DNA of 64,000 nucleotides from an uncultured Candidatus Entotheonella sp. (GTDB taxonomy: Bacteria > Tectomicrobia > Entotheonellia > Entotheonellales > Entotheonellaceae), in contig OZ244252.1 in NCBI GenBank assembly GCA_965217185.1, positions 1,984,001 through 2,048,000 on the forward strand, in the 5' to 3' direction. The notes below the pieces were generated by a model. The model worked only from the letters and a program-made list of their open reading frames with translations. It was not told the origin of the DNA and searched no databases. This document shows, in pieces, positions 20,474-27,875 of the stretch. Made by a program: the position numbers and the translations under genes. Numbering within the stretch: the first letter of the stretch is position 1; every line of letters begins with the position of its first letter.

Positions 20474-20766
20474 AACTCGATCTCACGCACCGGGCTGCGA
20501 ACGCCCTCTTCCTCGAAGGCGATACGGTTCAATGGCGATTCGGACAAGAGTTCGTGTAAGCTGGCCGATCTTTCCCGCGTCCAGAGGGCTTCAAACGCGT
20601 CCGCCGCGACGATGACCACGGCGTCTTTGCCGTGAACCGTCACCCGTTGCGGCTGCCCGGACGCCGCAAGTCGAACGATCTCGCTGAACTTTGCCTTGGC
20701 CTCACCCAGCTTCCAGCCGGGGGCTGGCACCGGGCCGAACGGTGTGGCTTGTCGAGTTCTGTTCAT
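20470..20766 (-). CDS. Phd/YefM-family antitoxin
   Basis: WKLGEAKAKFSEIVRLA...PQRVTVHGKDAVV; AGGAGG RBS; overlaps the vapC start. Confidence 0.88.
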   Translation of the reverse strand: MNRTRQATPFGPVPAPGWKLGEAKAKFSEIVRLAASGQPQRVTVHGKDAVVIVAADAFEALWTRERSASLHELLSESPLNRIAFEEEGVRSPVREIEL

Positions 20767-20780
20767 GAAATTCCTCCTTA

Positions 20781-20825
20781 TGACCAAGTTAGTCAAAACT
20801 ATAGAACATGGACGGAGACGTCAAG
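20781..20825 (-). promoter_or_regulatory. putative sigma70 promoter and palindromic operator of the phd-vapC operon
   Basis: TTGACG (-35) and TATAGT/TAGTTT (-10) on the minus strand, then the imperfect palindrome TGACTAACTTGGTCA just before the RBS. Confidence 0.55.
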
Positions 20826-20922
20826 TCTCTCAGGCTGAGGACAGCGTTTCAGTTTGAACTTTGCTTGCGGTAAGATTTCGGGCGGTTCGGCTTTAGGTGT
20901 TTAATTTCGGCCCGTGAGGGCC

Positions 20923-21054
20923 ATGATGAGAGAAGTCGGCGCATGCAAGGCCATAACCCACTTGTCCGCGCTTCTCGACGAAGTGGCCAGCGGGGAGATC
21001 ATCATCACCAGACACGGGCGACCGGCGGCACGGTTAACGGCGCCTTACGAGTAA
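20923..21054 (+). pseudogene. truncated Phd/YefM antitoxin fragment
   Basis: Manual translation MMREVGACKAITHLSALLDEVASGEIIITRHGRPAARLTAPYE* is the Phd N-terminal domain only; no toxin follows. Confidence 0.75.
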
Positions 21055-21065
21055 AGGTAACCGCC

Positions 21066-21362
21066 ATGAAAAGAGTAGCGCTTTTCCTGTTCCTGCTCGC
21101 GGCCCTGAATGGCTGTGACGTAGACGATCACTATCACGCGGACCAACCTCTGTGCTACGACCTGGTGCCCGGAAGACGACTATCCGGAGGCGAGTTGAGC
21201 GCTCTGGAACACGCTCTCGGACACCGCCTGCTCGTAGACTTCAATGACGATCTGTCCTTCGACAACCCCATCGGCCCCGGACGCTGCTACGGCGAGTGGC
21301 ACCATGGTGAATGGGAAATCGACTGCGAAAGGGACGTCGTCGTCAACTGCAGCGACCCTTGA
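21066..21362 (+). CDS. small Cys-containing lipoprotein, unknown function
   Basis: MKRVALFLFLLAALNG-C lipobox; four further Cys. Confidence 0.65.
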   Translation: MKRVALFLFLLAALNGCDVDDHYHADQPLCYDLVPGRRLSGGELSALEHALGHRLLVDFNDDLSFDNPIGPGRCYGEWHHGEWEIDCERDVVVNCSDP

Positions 21363-21430
21363 CCGGCTGAGCGTACTTTGTAGATGGAGACGTAAACCAG
21401 AAAGTGGAAGTGGGGGCGGCTGAAATTGGG

Positions 21431-21604
21431 ATGTCACCGACTTATGGGTCAGACTCTCTGTCTGATTATCTGATTGCGGAGATTCAGCGTCATATCGAGT
21501 ATCCAACCCTGGATGGGCTACGCCAGCGGCTTCGGGCCCGAACCCCGGTTCGCCCAATCGTTTCGCCGGCCCAAATGATCCGGGAAGAACGGGACAGCCG
21601 GTGA
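21431..21604 (+). pseudogene. 5'-truncated FitA/VapB-like antitoxin
   Basis: SLSDYLIAEI...PTLDGLRQRL...SPAQMIREERD; GTGA overlap with the following PIN gene. Confidence 0.6.
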
Positions 21605-21925
21605 TTGTTGTGGACGCTTCGGCGGTCATTCAATTGCTCTTGGGAACGACCACCGCGTCCGATATTCAGATGCGGCTTCTGGAATCCGGCGAGTCTCTTC
21701 ACGCGCCGCATCTGCTTGATCTTGAGATCGCACAAGTCCTGCGTCGCTATATGTTGACCGGTGAACTGACGCCACGGCGAGGGAAGCAGGCACTTACCGA
21801 CTTGGCCGACTTTCCGATTATTCGTTACCCGCATGCCCTCTTCCTGTCACGCATTTGGGCGCTTCGTCACAACGTCACTACCTGTGATGCCGCCTACCTG
21901 GCTCTCGCAGAATCGCTTCCTGCCC
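21601..21925 (+). pseudogene. vapC: VapC PIN toxin, 3'-truncated
   Basis: MIVVDASA, HAPHLLDLEI and DAAYLALAESL motifs; similarity stops before the expected 'L.T.D' motif, where the inverted AbrB gene begins. Confidence 0.75.
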
Positions 21926-22131
21926 CGAATCTCCTCAATGTAATCGTCGGTGTTTCCCCGCCCGCCGAGAATGGCGCAGACACGGTCCACAGGATGTTCT
22001 GCGGCCGGTCGTTTCCGAATGAGCAAGCCCTGCTCGGTGGGCATCATCTCGACCTCGACGTTTGGATTCATCCCGAAGCGGTCCCGCAGGGGTTTGGGGA
22101 TGGTGATTTGACCACGTTCGGAGATTCGCAT
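21847..22131 (-). CDS. AbrB/MazE/SpoVT-family antitoxin (orphan)
   Basis: MRISERGQITIPKPLRDRFG...GLLIRK; the native end (TDDYIEEIRGR) reads on into the antisense strand of the vapC fragment. Confidence 0.8.
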   Translation of the reverse strand: MRISERGQITIPKPLRDRFGMNPNVEVEMMPTEQGLLIRKRPAAEHPVDRVCAILGGRGNTDDYIEEIRGRKRFCESQVGGITGSDVVTKRPNA

Positions 22132-22204
22132 GTTTACTCTGATTCTGTCTGTTGCCTGAATGTTCGGACTCCCTTGACATTCAGGCCTGAAAACGGCATA
22201 AATA

Positions 22205-22285
22205 ACTCAGTCTCACCTGCCAAGTGTAGGAGGAGCATTCGAAGCCGTCCGGGATTTTCCCGGGCGGCTTCAGCTATTTTTGGTC
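22205..22285 (-). ncRNA. candidate structured RNA downstream of the DUF3800 operon
   Basis: Minus strand AAAAATAGCT-[GAAGCCG-C-CCGGGA AAA TCCCGG-A-CGGCTTC]-GAATG-[CTC-CT-CCTAC ACTTG GCAGG-T-GAG]: two hairpins with no U-tract after hairpin 1. Confidence 0.5.
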
Positions 22286-22291
22286 ATCCGC

Positions 22292-22764
22292 TCAAGCACG
22301 ATGAAACTCGTCGCGTTCTTGGCGAAGCAGCCTGACCCGGTGAGGTTGGTCGGTGCAATAGGCAGTCTTGAGCAGCCAGTAGTTCTGGGGACGCTCGGAG
22401 AGCACTACCAAATTTCTTCACGATACCAAAGCAATGTGTTGATCTCATTCTTCCGGTTATTCTGCCACTCGTCGATTGCGGAATGGGTCAGAGCATTTTC
22501 AATTACCCACCGCACCCAGCGGAGGCGCTCGCAGCGGCGCAAGTCAGGTGTACGCTCATCCTCCACCTTGCCTTCCTGAATCAGGTGCCAAAATAATGCC
22601 CAGCGCCCGGCCGTCTCAGGCTTATGGGGACAGCTTACTCTTCGGCCGCGAAATCGAAGGCCGGCCCGTGCAATCTCATCTATGAAAATACGGTGCAACT
22701 CGTTTTCGTAGCCTCTCCAGTCACCGCCGAAGTCATCAAATAACAAAAGGTCTGGCGGCGTCAT
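22292..22764 (-). pseudogene. small DUF3800-associated protein (putative RelE-like RNase), frameshifted near 22410
   Basis: ...PDLRRCERLRWVRWVIEN...LLWYREE continues in another frame as LVVLSERPQNYWLLKTAYCTDQPHRVRLLRQERDEFHRA*; one missing base would restore EEYLVVL; ATGA overlap with the DUF3800 stop. Confidence 0.65.
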
Positions 22765-23480
22765 CCGCCCGCCTCCCGGGCACGCCAAACCAGGATGTTG
22801 AACTTGGTAGAGGCGAAGGATGAGGTACAGGCGAGGGCCTGCGCTCCGAGTCGTTCATGTAGCCGGGCGATGATGGCAGTCTTGGCTCGATTGCCGGTCA
22901 GCCCCCGGTTGGCGTATGCCAACGCACCGATCAGGAGGTCGGCTAGTGGCAGGAGTTCACTTTCGTGGGAGCGTATCTGCTGGACCCGTTCGATACATTC
23001 CCGGCTGAAATCGTAGAGGCTGTTCGCCAACACGTTGTGCAGTTCCCGCGTTTTCGGGCCGCCTCGCGTGTCTTTCACGTCGAGATAGATACGGTAACGT
23101 TGAGGGGCCATAAACACAGGACGCAGCATCGTGAAGTACATTTTGTAATACCAGTCATGGTGTGACTGGTCGAAACGCGCATGATCGAGGTGACTCTTGT
23201 CAGGCACGACGAGCCCACGGAATCGCAGGCGCTCGTCGGCAAGGAAGAAATCCGTCAGCGCCAGATAGAAATCCGCTCTGGCTGGTGAGGCCTTGGTCCA
23301 TTTCGCCTCGAAATCGGATTTGAATCCGTGTTCGACCTTGATTGCCCGTATCCGTTCTGACAGGTCCGGCACAAACTGCTTCTCGCACAACACCGCACCC
23401 CAAACCATGACGGGAATACGGTCACGTTCAAGATGGCAACTTTCGTCGCAATAGACGTTGATCGTTTTGATGTCAGCCAT
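22761..23480 (-). CDS. DUF3800-domain protein
   Basis: VYCDESCHLE, EAKWTK, YLD and SHESELLPLADLL (family motif is usually QLAD); start overlaps the hsdS stop. Confidence 0.8.
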   Translation of the reverse strand: MADIKTINVYCDESCHLERDRIPVMVWGAVLCEKQFVPDLSERIRAIKVEHGFKSDFEAKWTKASPARADFYLALTDFFLADERLRFRGLVVPDKSHLDHARFDQSHHDWYYKMYFTMLRPVFMAPQRYRIYLDVKDTRGGPKTRELHNVLANSLYDFSRECIERVQQIRSHESELLPLADLLIGALAYANRGLTGNRAKTAIIARLHERLGAQALACTSSFASTKFNILVWRAREAGG

Positions 23481-25221
23481 GCTCATGATCTCCATCAGCG
23501 GCCACTTCCAACGCCTCATGCAACACCGACTCAAGCAACCGCCCCCGCGTTTCGTCTCCCGTGGTAAGGCTCGCTTCCAGCCGGTCGCACAGGGCCATCA
23601 GTTCATCGACCTTGGCGACAATGCGGAGTTGCTCGGCGAAGGGTGGAAGGGCTACCGGTATACGATCCATCCTGTTCTTGGGTAAACCACCACGTCCCGC
23701 TCCGGTTTGCTCGTCGAATATGAAAGACTGAAAATAGGGAGACCGTATTAACAAATGGACAAAATCCTGCAGGCCGTTTATTGCGACCCGTATTATCGCA
23801 ACATGTTGGCTAACATTTGCCTCGCAAAACTGATCGGGTACCCGACAACACCGCCCTAGGGATCCCCCTGTGATGTTCAAGAGCAGGTCGGCCGGCCGAA
23901 CCCCAGTTCCTGACATCTTTTCGTGGGTGGCGGTATCAATATAAGCAACGTCGTCGATACGTAAACCTTCGTCATAAACATTCTGGGACCTCAGAAAGAC
24001 CACCCCCTCTTGTCGATAAGCATTCCTGCCGCCTCTTGGAGTACTGCCTGAGCCTGTCTTGGAACATATCCCTCCGAGAGTACTCCATGCCCAACCAACG
24101 GGAAGAATGAACGGGACATGAAGCGAATCCGGTACTTGGGCCTCAGTCCTCTTTATCTTCCTTTCTTTCACTGATCTCGCTTTTTCAACCGCAATTTCTC
24201 TCAGCAACTCAGACGCCGGTTCATCATTCGGGTCTTGCGGCACCAGCTTCCCGCGTACGGCAAGGTTAAGGATGGTCTGGCGCAGGGCTTTGATCTGGTC
24301 GGGGCGGATGGTGAGCGGGGTGAGGTTGTCGAGGGCGAAGGCGGCATCATTCCGAAACGTCGACGGGTCGGGGTCGGGCGCATTGAGGCGGGCGAGGCTT
24401 GCCGCGGCCAGCCGGTTGCGGGTGGCTTCGCGCTCTGTCCGTGCGGCTTCCAACCGATCGCACAGGGCCATCAGTTCATCGACTTTGGCGATGATGCGGT
24501 GTTGTTCGGCGAGGGGTGGGAGAGGAAACGGCACCCCCGCAACGATCTTCCCCGAGACCTCCCTGAACGTTGTCCCAGGCGCTTTCGCGTCGATTTCAGG
24601 GGCAAAACACTGCATGGCAAGGGCGATGAATCGCGAACAATCTGGCACGTAAGGAACAACAGATTTGAATCCTTGATTGGTAGAGATAGGATTCGCGGCA
24701 ATCGCGACGTAACCGATTGGAGCACGGCTCGTAAAAAGTACGGTTCCTCCTGGCATGAGCGTGGTGGAAGAACTTTGCAGACCCTTCTCAGTTAAATCGC
24801 GGGAGCCCCTGGAGATGAATAACTCCGAATGCCTGCCCAGATCTGCGGGAGTCAACCACGGGATACCTTGGCCCGGCTCGGCGAAATTCACTGCCTCATT
24901 GGCCGGAGGGGTACCTCCTCCAATAATCGCACCCACGGAATCCAACCTAACCCACTGCCAGGACTGCGGGACTTCGAAAGGAACCGTAAGCGCTTCACCA
25001 ACACCTAGCTCGCGCGGCTTCCGAATCTCTCCTGCCTTTATCAACTGCGCTTTCGCCGCCGCAATCCGCTTCAACAACTCCGACGCCGGCTCATCGTCCA
25101 GGTCCTGTGGCGCCAGCTTCCCCCGAACCGCCAAATCAAGAATGAACCGACGCAGACGTGGAACGGCATCCGGCCCGTCGGCAATGCGGTCGAAGTGCGT
25201 AAGCAGGTGTACGGCGTTCAT
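23473..25221 (-). CDS. hsdS: type I restriction-modification specificity subunit
   Basis: Two TRDs with duplicated conserved regions (LAVRGKLxPQD..DEPASELL; LPPxAEQxRIxAKVDELMALCDRLEA); probable start at MNAVHLL. Confidence 0.93.
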   Translation of the reverse strand: MNAVHLLTHFDRIADGPDAVPRLRRFILDLAVRGKLAPQDLDDEPASELLKRIAAAKAQLIKAGEIRKPRELGVGEALTVPFEVPQSWQWVRLDSVGAIIGGGTPPANEAVNFAEPGQGIPWLTPADLGRHSELFISRGSRDLTEKGLQSSSTTLMPGGTVLFTSRAPIGYVAIAANPISTNQGFKSVVPYVPDCSRFIALAMQCFAPEIDAKAPGTTFREVSGKIVAGVPFPLPPLAEQHRIIAKVDELMALCDRLEAARTEREATRNRLAAASLARLNAPDPDPSTFRNDAAFALDNLTPLTIRPDQIKALRQTILNLAVRGKLVPQDPNDEPASELLREIAVEKARSVKERKIKRTEAQVPDSLHVPFILPVGWAWSTLGGICSKTGSGSTPRGGRNAYRQEGVVFLRSQNVYDEGLRIDDVAYIDTATHEKMSGTGVRPADLLLNITGGSLGRCCRVPDQFCEANVSQHVAIIRVAINGLQDFVHLLIRSPYFQSFIFDEQTGAGRGGLPKNRMDRIPVALPPFAEQLRIVAKVDELMALCDRLEASLTTGDETRGRLLESVLHEALEVAADGDHEHG

Positions 25222-25224
25222 CCC

Positions 25225-25278
25225 TGCGCCAAACTCGAGCCGATGCTCGGTGTCGGTCAGTTGAATCGAGGTCGCCAT
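25225..25278 (-). pseudogene. possible stub of an RHH antitoxin, in frame upstream of hsdS
   Basis: MATSIQLTDTEHRLEF after a GGAGG RBS resembles the N-terminus of MATSIRL...EQRL-type RHH antitoxins. Confidence 0.35.
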
Positions 25279-25357
25279 GTCCTCCACTCCAGGTGGCAGT
25301 GTCTCAGTTCGCATTCCTCCTCACGGTGCAAGCTGAAGGAATTGACGGCGACGACCA

Positions 25358-25612
25358 TCAGACCGGAAGGCCGCGTTCGTCATAACCGATGATCTGTTCG
25401 GCACGCCGCCGGTCGCGGCGCGGCAAACCGGCGCAATGCAGGGCAATGTGATCCAGTTCATCGGCAAGCCGGGTGGAACGCTGGGTTTTTTCCACCTGCG
25501 CCAGTCTTTCCTGGATGGCCAGTTTGAGAGCTTTGGCCAACGACTCTCCGGTCAGGCTGGCGAGCCGTTTCGCCAAGGCGTGCGTGTCGGGGTCTTTGAT
25601 GTCCAGTGGCAT
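25358..25612 (-). CDS. vapB: VapB antitoxin (Rv0623-like), cognate toxin deleted
   Basis: MPLDIKDPDTHALAKRLASLTGES...IIGYDERGLPV*; the overlapping TGATG starts MVV (VapC-like) but similarity is lost immediately. Confidence 0.85.
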   Translation of the reverse strand: MPLDIKDPDTHALAKRLASLTGESLAKALKLAIQERLAQVEKTQRSTRLADELDHIALHCAGLPRRDRRRAEQIIGYDERGLPV

Positions 25613-25764
25613 CGATAAATCCTCCATGGGGCTTTGCACAAAAACCCCGTCCCGCACAACTATGTCCCCACCGAAGGCCGGCATGCCAAGCCGCAACTGC
25701 AGACCAGACCTACTCCAAACCGTGATACAATCGCCCAAATCTCTTCACATGGGAGAACCACGCC

Positions 25765-26223
25765 ATGACAAATTGGATTAAAGAGAACAAAACCCCCATC
25801 ACGGTTGTTGTCTCAGCTGTTGCCACCATTACGGTCGTCCTGGGCGTCATGCTGACGTCCATCAACACCATCCACTACCGGCTCGACGACACCAACCAGC
25901 GCTTCAGCGACCTCCGAGCTGAGATGAACCAGCGCTTTGACGCCCAGGACAAGTACATCAACCAGCGTTTTGATGCCCAGGACAAACGGATCGACGACCT
26001 TGAAAATGATCTTAAAACCGAGATCAACCTGCGCTTCAACGCCCAGGACCAGCGCCTCGAACGCCTGGAAAACGACGTTTCCGAACTCCACACGCTCATC
26101 GTCAGCATCAGAGACCGCGTTTCCCGCAACGAAGGACAGATCAACCTCCTCACACAGCAGCTCAACACCGCGGAAACAAACCCGCGCCCCGAACCAGGAA
26201 CAACCCTGCCCCCGACAGACTGA
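25765..26223 (+). CDS. membrane-anchored coiled-coil protein with 11-residue repeats
   Basis: N-terminal TM helix, then NQRF/NLRF-(D/N)AQD repeats; GGGAG RBS. Confidence 0.75.
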   Translation: MTNWIKENKTPITVVVSAVATITVVLGVMLTSINTIHYRLDDTNQRFSDLRAEMNQRFDAQDKYINQRFDAQDKRIDDLENDLKTEINLRFNAQDQRLERLENDVSELHTLIVSIRDRVSRNEGQINLLTQQLNTAETNPRPEPGTTLPPTD

Positions 26224-26267
26224 CCCTGAACTTATCCTCATCGGCTCACTGGACACCACCTTCACGT

Positions 26268-27725
26268 CTATCGCAACAGCGCCTCGGCCAGAACCGCCTT
26301 CAATTGCTCGCGCAGGCTGGCCGCTTCGGTTTCCGCGGCGGCCAGCCTCGACAGCAGTTCTTGCGGGTCGCCGAGATCGTCCTCAGCCGTGTGCGGGTTC
26401 TTGACGTCGAGGTTGTAGCCGCGCGCCTTCACGTCTTCGGCCGTCACCTTCCAGGCGCGGTCCGTTTCCTGGCGGCCGGTGCGCTCGGGTCCGCCCCACC
26501 AGTCGATGCAGGCTTGCAGGTGTTCCAGGCGGATGGGCCTGGTCATGGAATAGGCTTTCTGGCCGTCGGGCACGCGGTGCTCGTAGAACCAGATGTCCGT
26601 GGTCGGCGCACCCTTCTCGAAGAACAGCAGGTTGGTGCCGATGGAGGCATAGGGCCGGAACACCGAGTTGGGCAGGCGGACGAGGGTGTGCAGGTTGCAC
26701 GTTTCCAGCAGGTGTTCCTTGAGCCGCGTCTTGACGCCCTCGCCGAACAGGGAACCGTCCGGCAGCACGACCGCGGCGCGGCCGCCCGGCTTCAGCAGGC
26801 GGATGATAAGGGCCAGGAACAGGTCGGCGGTTTCCTTGGTGCGGAAATGCGTCGGGAAGTTGCTCTCGATGCCGTCTTCTTCCTTGCCGCCGAAGGGCGG
26901 GTTGGTCAGCACGACGTCCACCCGGTCCTTCTGCTCCCAACTGATGAAAGGGCGCGCCAGGGTGTTGTCGTGGCGCACGAAGCCGGGGTCTTCGATGCCA
27001 TGCAGCAGCATGTTGGTGACGCACAGCATGTGCGGCAACTGCTTCTTCTCGACGGCGCGGAGGGCGGCCTGCATCGTTCGTTCGTCCTCGGGCCGCTTGA
27101 CGTAGCGTTCGCGCATGTGGCGCAGGGCGCAGGTGAGGAAGCCGCCGGTGCCGCAGGCGGGATCGAACAGGATTTCACCGGGCTTGGGGTCGATGCGGTC
27201 GGCCATGAAGGCGGTGACGGCACGCGGCGTGTAGTACTCGCCGGCGTTGCCGGCGGATTGCAGATCGTTGAGAATTTGCTCGTAAATGTCGCCGAAGTGC
27301 TGGCGCTCGGTCAGGTTGTTGAAGTCGACGTCGTTGATGCGGTTGACCACCTGCCGCATCAGCTGGCCGGACTTCATGTAGTTGTAGGCGTCCTCGAACA
27401 CGTCGCGCACGACGCGGCGGCGGTCGCCGGGCTGGCCGGTGGTTTGGAGTTGCTTGAGGGCCGGGAACAGCTCGTTGTTGATGAACGCCAGCAGGTCCTC
27501 GCCGGTGATGCCCTCGGGATCGGCAGCCCAGGCGCGCCACTGGAAGCGCTCGGGAATCGGGGACGTGTAACCCGTGTGCATCAGTTCCAGTTCCTGGTCC
27601 TGATCGTCGATGATCTTGAGGAAGAACATCCAGCACAACTGGCTGATGCGTTGGGCGTCGCCGTCGACGCCGGTGTCCTGGCGCATGACGTTCTGGATAG
27701 ACTTGACGAGGGTGCGGACGGACAT
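26268..27725 (-). CDS. hsdM: type I R-M N6-adenine methyltransferase subunit
   Basis: GEYYTPR, DPACGTGGFL (motif I) and NPPF (motif IV). Confidence 0.96.
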   Translation of the reverse strand: MSVRTLVKSIQNVMRQDTGVDGDAQRISQLCWMFFLKIIDDQDQELELMHTGYTSPIPERFQWRAWAADPEGITGEDLLAFINNELFPALKQLQTTGQPGDRRRVVRDVFEDAYNYMKSGQLMRQVVNRINDVDFNNLTERQHFGDIYEQILNDLQSAGNAGEYYTPRAVTAFMADRIDPKPGEILFDPACGTGGFLTCALRHMRERYVKRPEDERTMQAALRAVEKKQLPHMLCVTNMLLHGIEDPGFVRHDNTLARPFISWEQKDRVDVVLTNPPFGGKEEDGIESNFPTHFRTKETADLFLALIIRLLKPGGRAAVVLPDGSLFGEGVKTRLKEHLLETCNLHTLVRLPNSVFRPYASIGTNLLFFEKGAPTTDIWFYEHRVPDGQKAYSMTRPIRLEHLQACIDWWGGPERTGRQETDRAWKVTAEDVKARGYNLDVKNPHTAEDDLGDPQELLSRLAAAETEAASLREQLKAVLAEALLR

Positions 27726-27769
27726 GGGCTAGAGTATCTCCGTATCTGATCGCGTTGTTTGCGTGCCGA

Positions 27770-27845
27770 TGCGCCCCCCCCCACCGGCTCACCTGCGGGC
27801 TACGCCCTTGTTTTGCCGACTCCCCCTCAAGTGGGGAGTGATGAA
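27770..27845. repeat. REP-like palindromic element between hsdR and hsdM
   Basis: ACTCCCC-CTCAAGT-GGGGAGT hairpin preceded by a C-run, same style as the 14.1-14.3 kb repeats. Confidence 0.55.
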
Positions 27846-27875
27846 TAAGCAGACCATATTGCTCCGGCAACCGCT

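Noticed and set aside
21601..22335. 244-aa VapC with a novel C-terminal domain
   Set aside because: The extension is read-through across the antisense AbrB gene and intergenic DNA after truncation, not a real domain.
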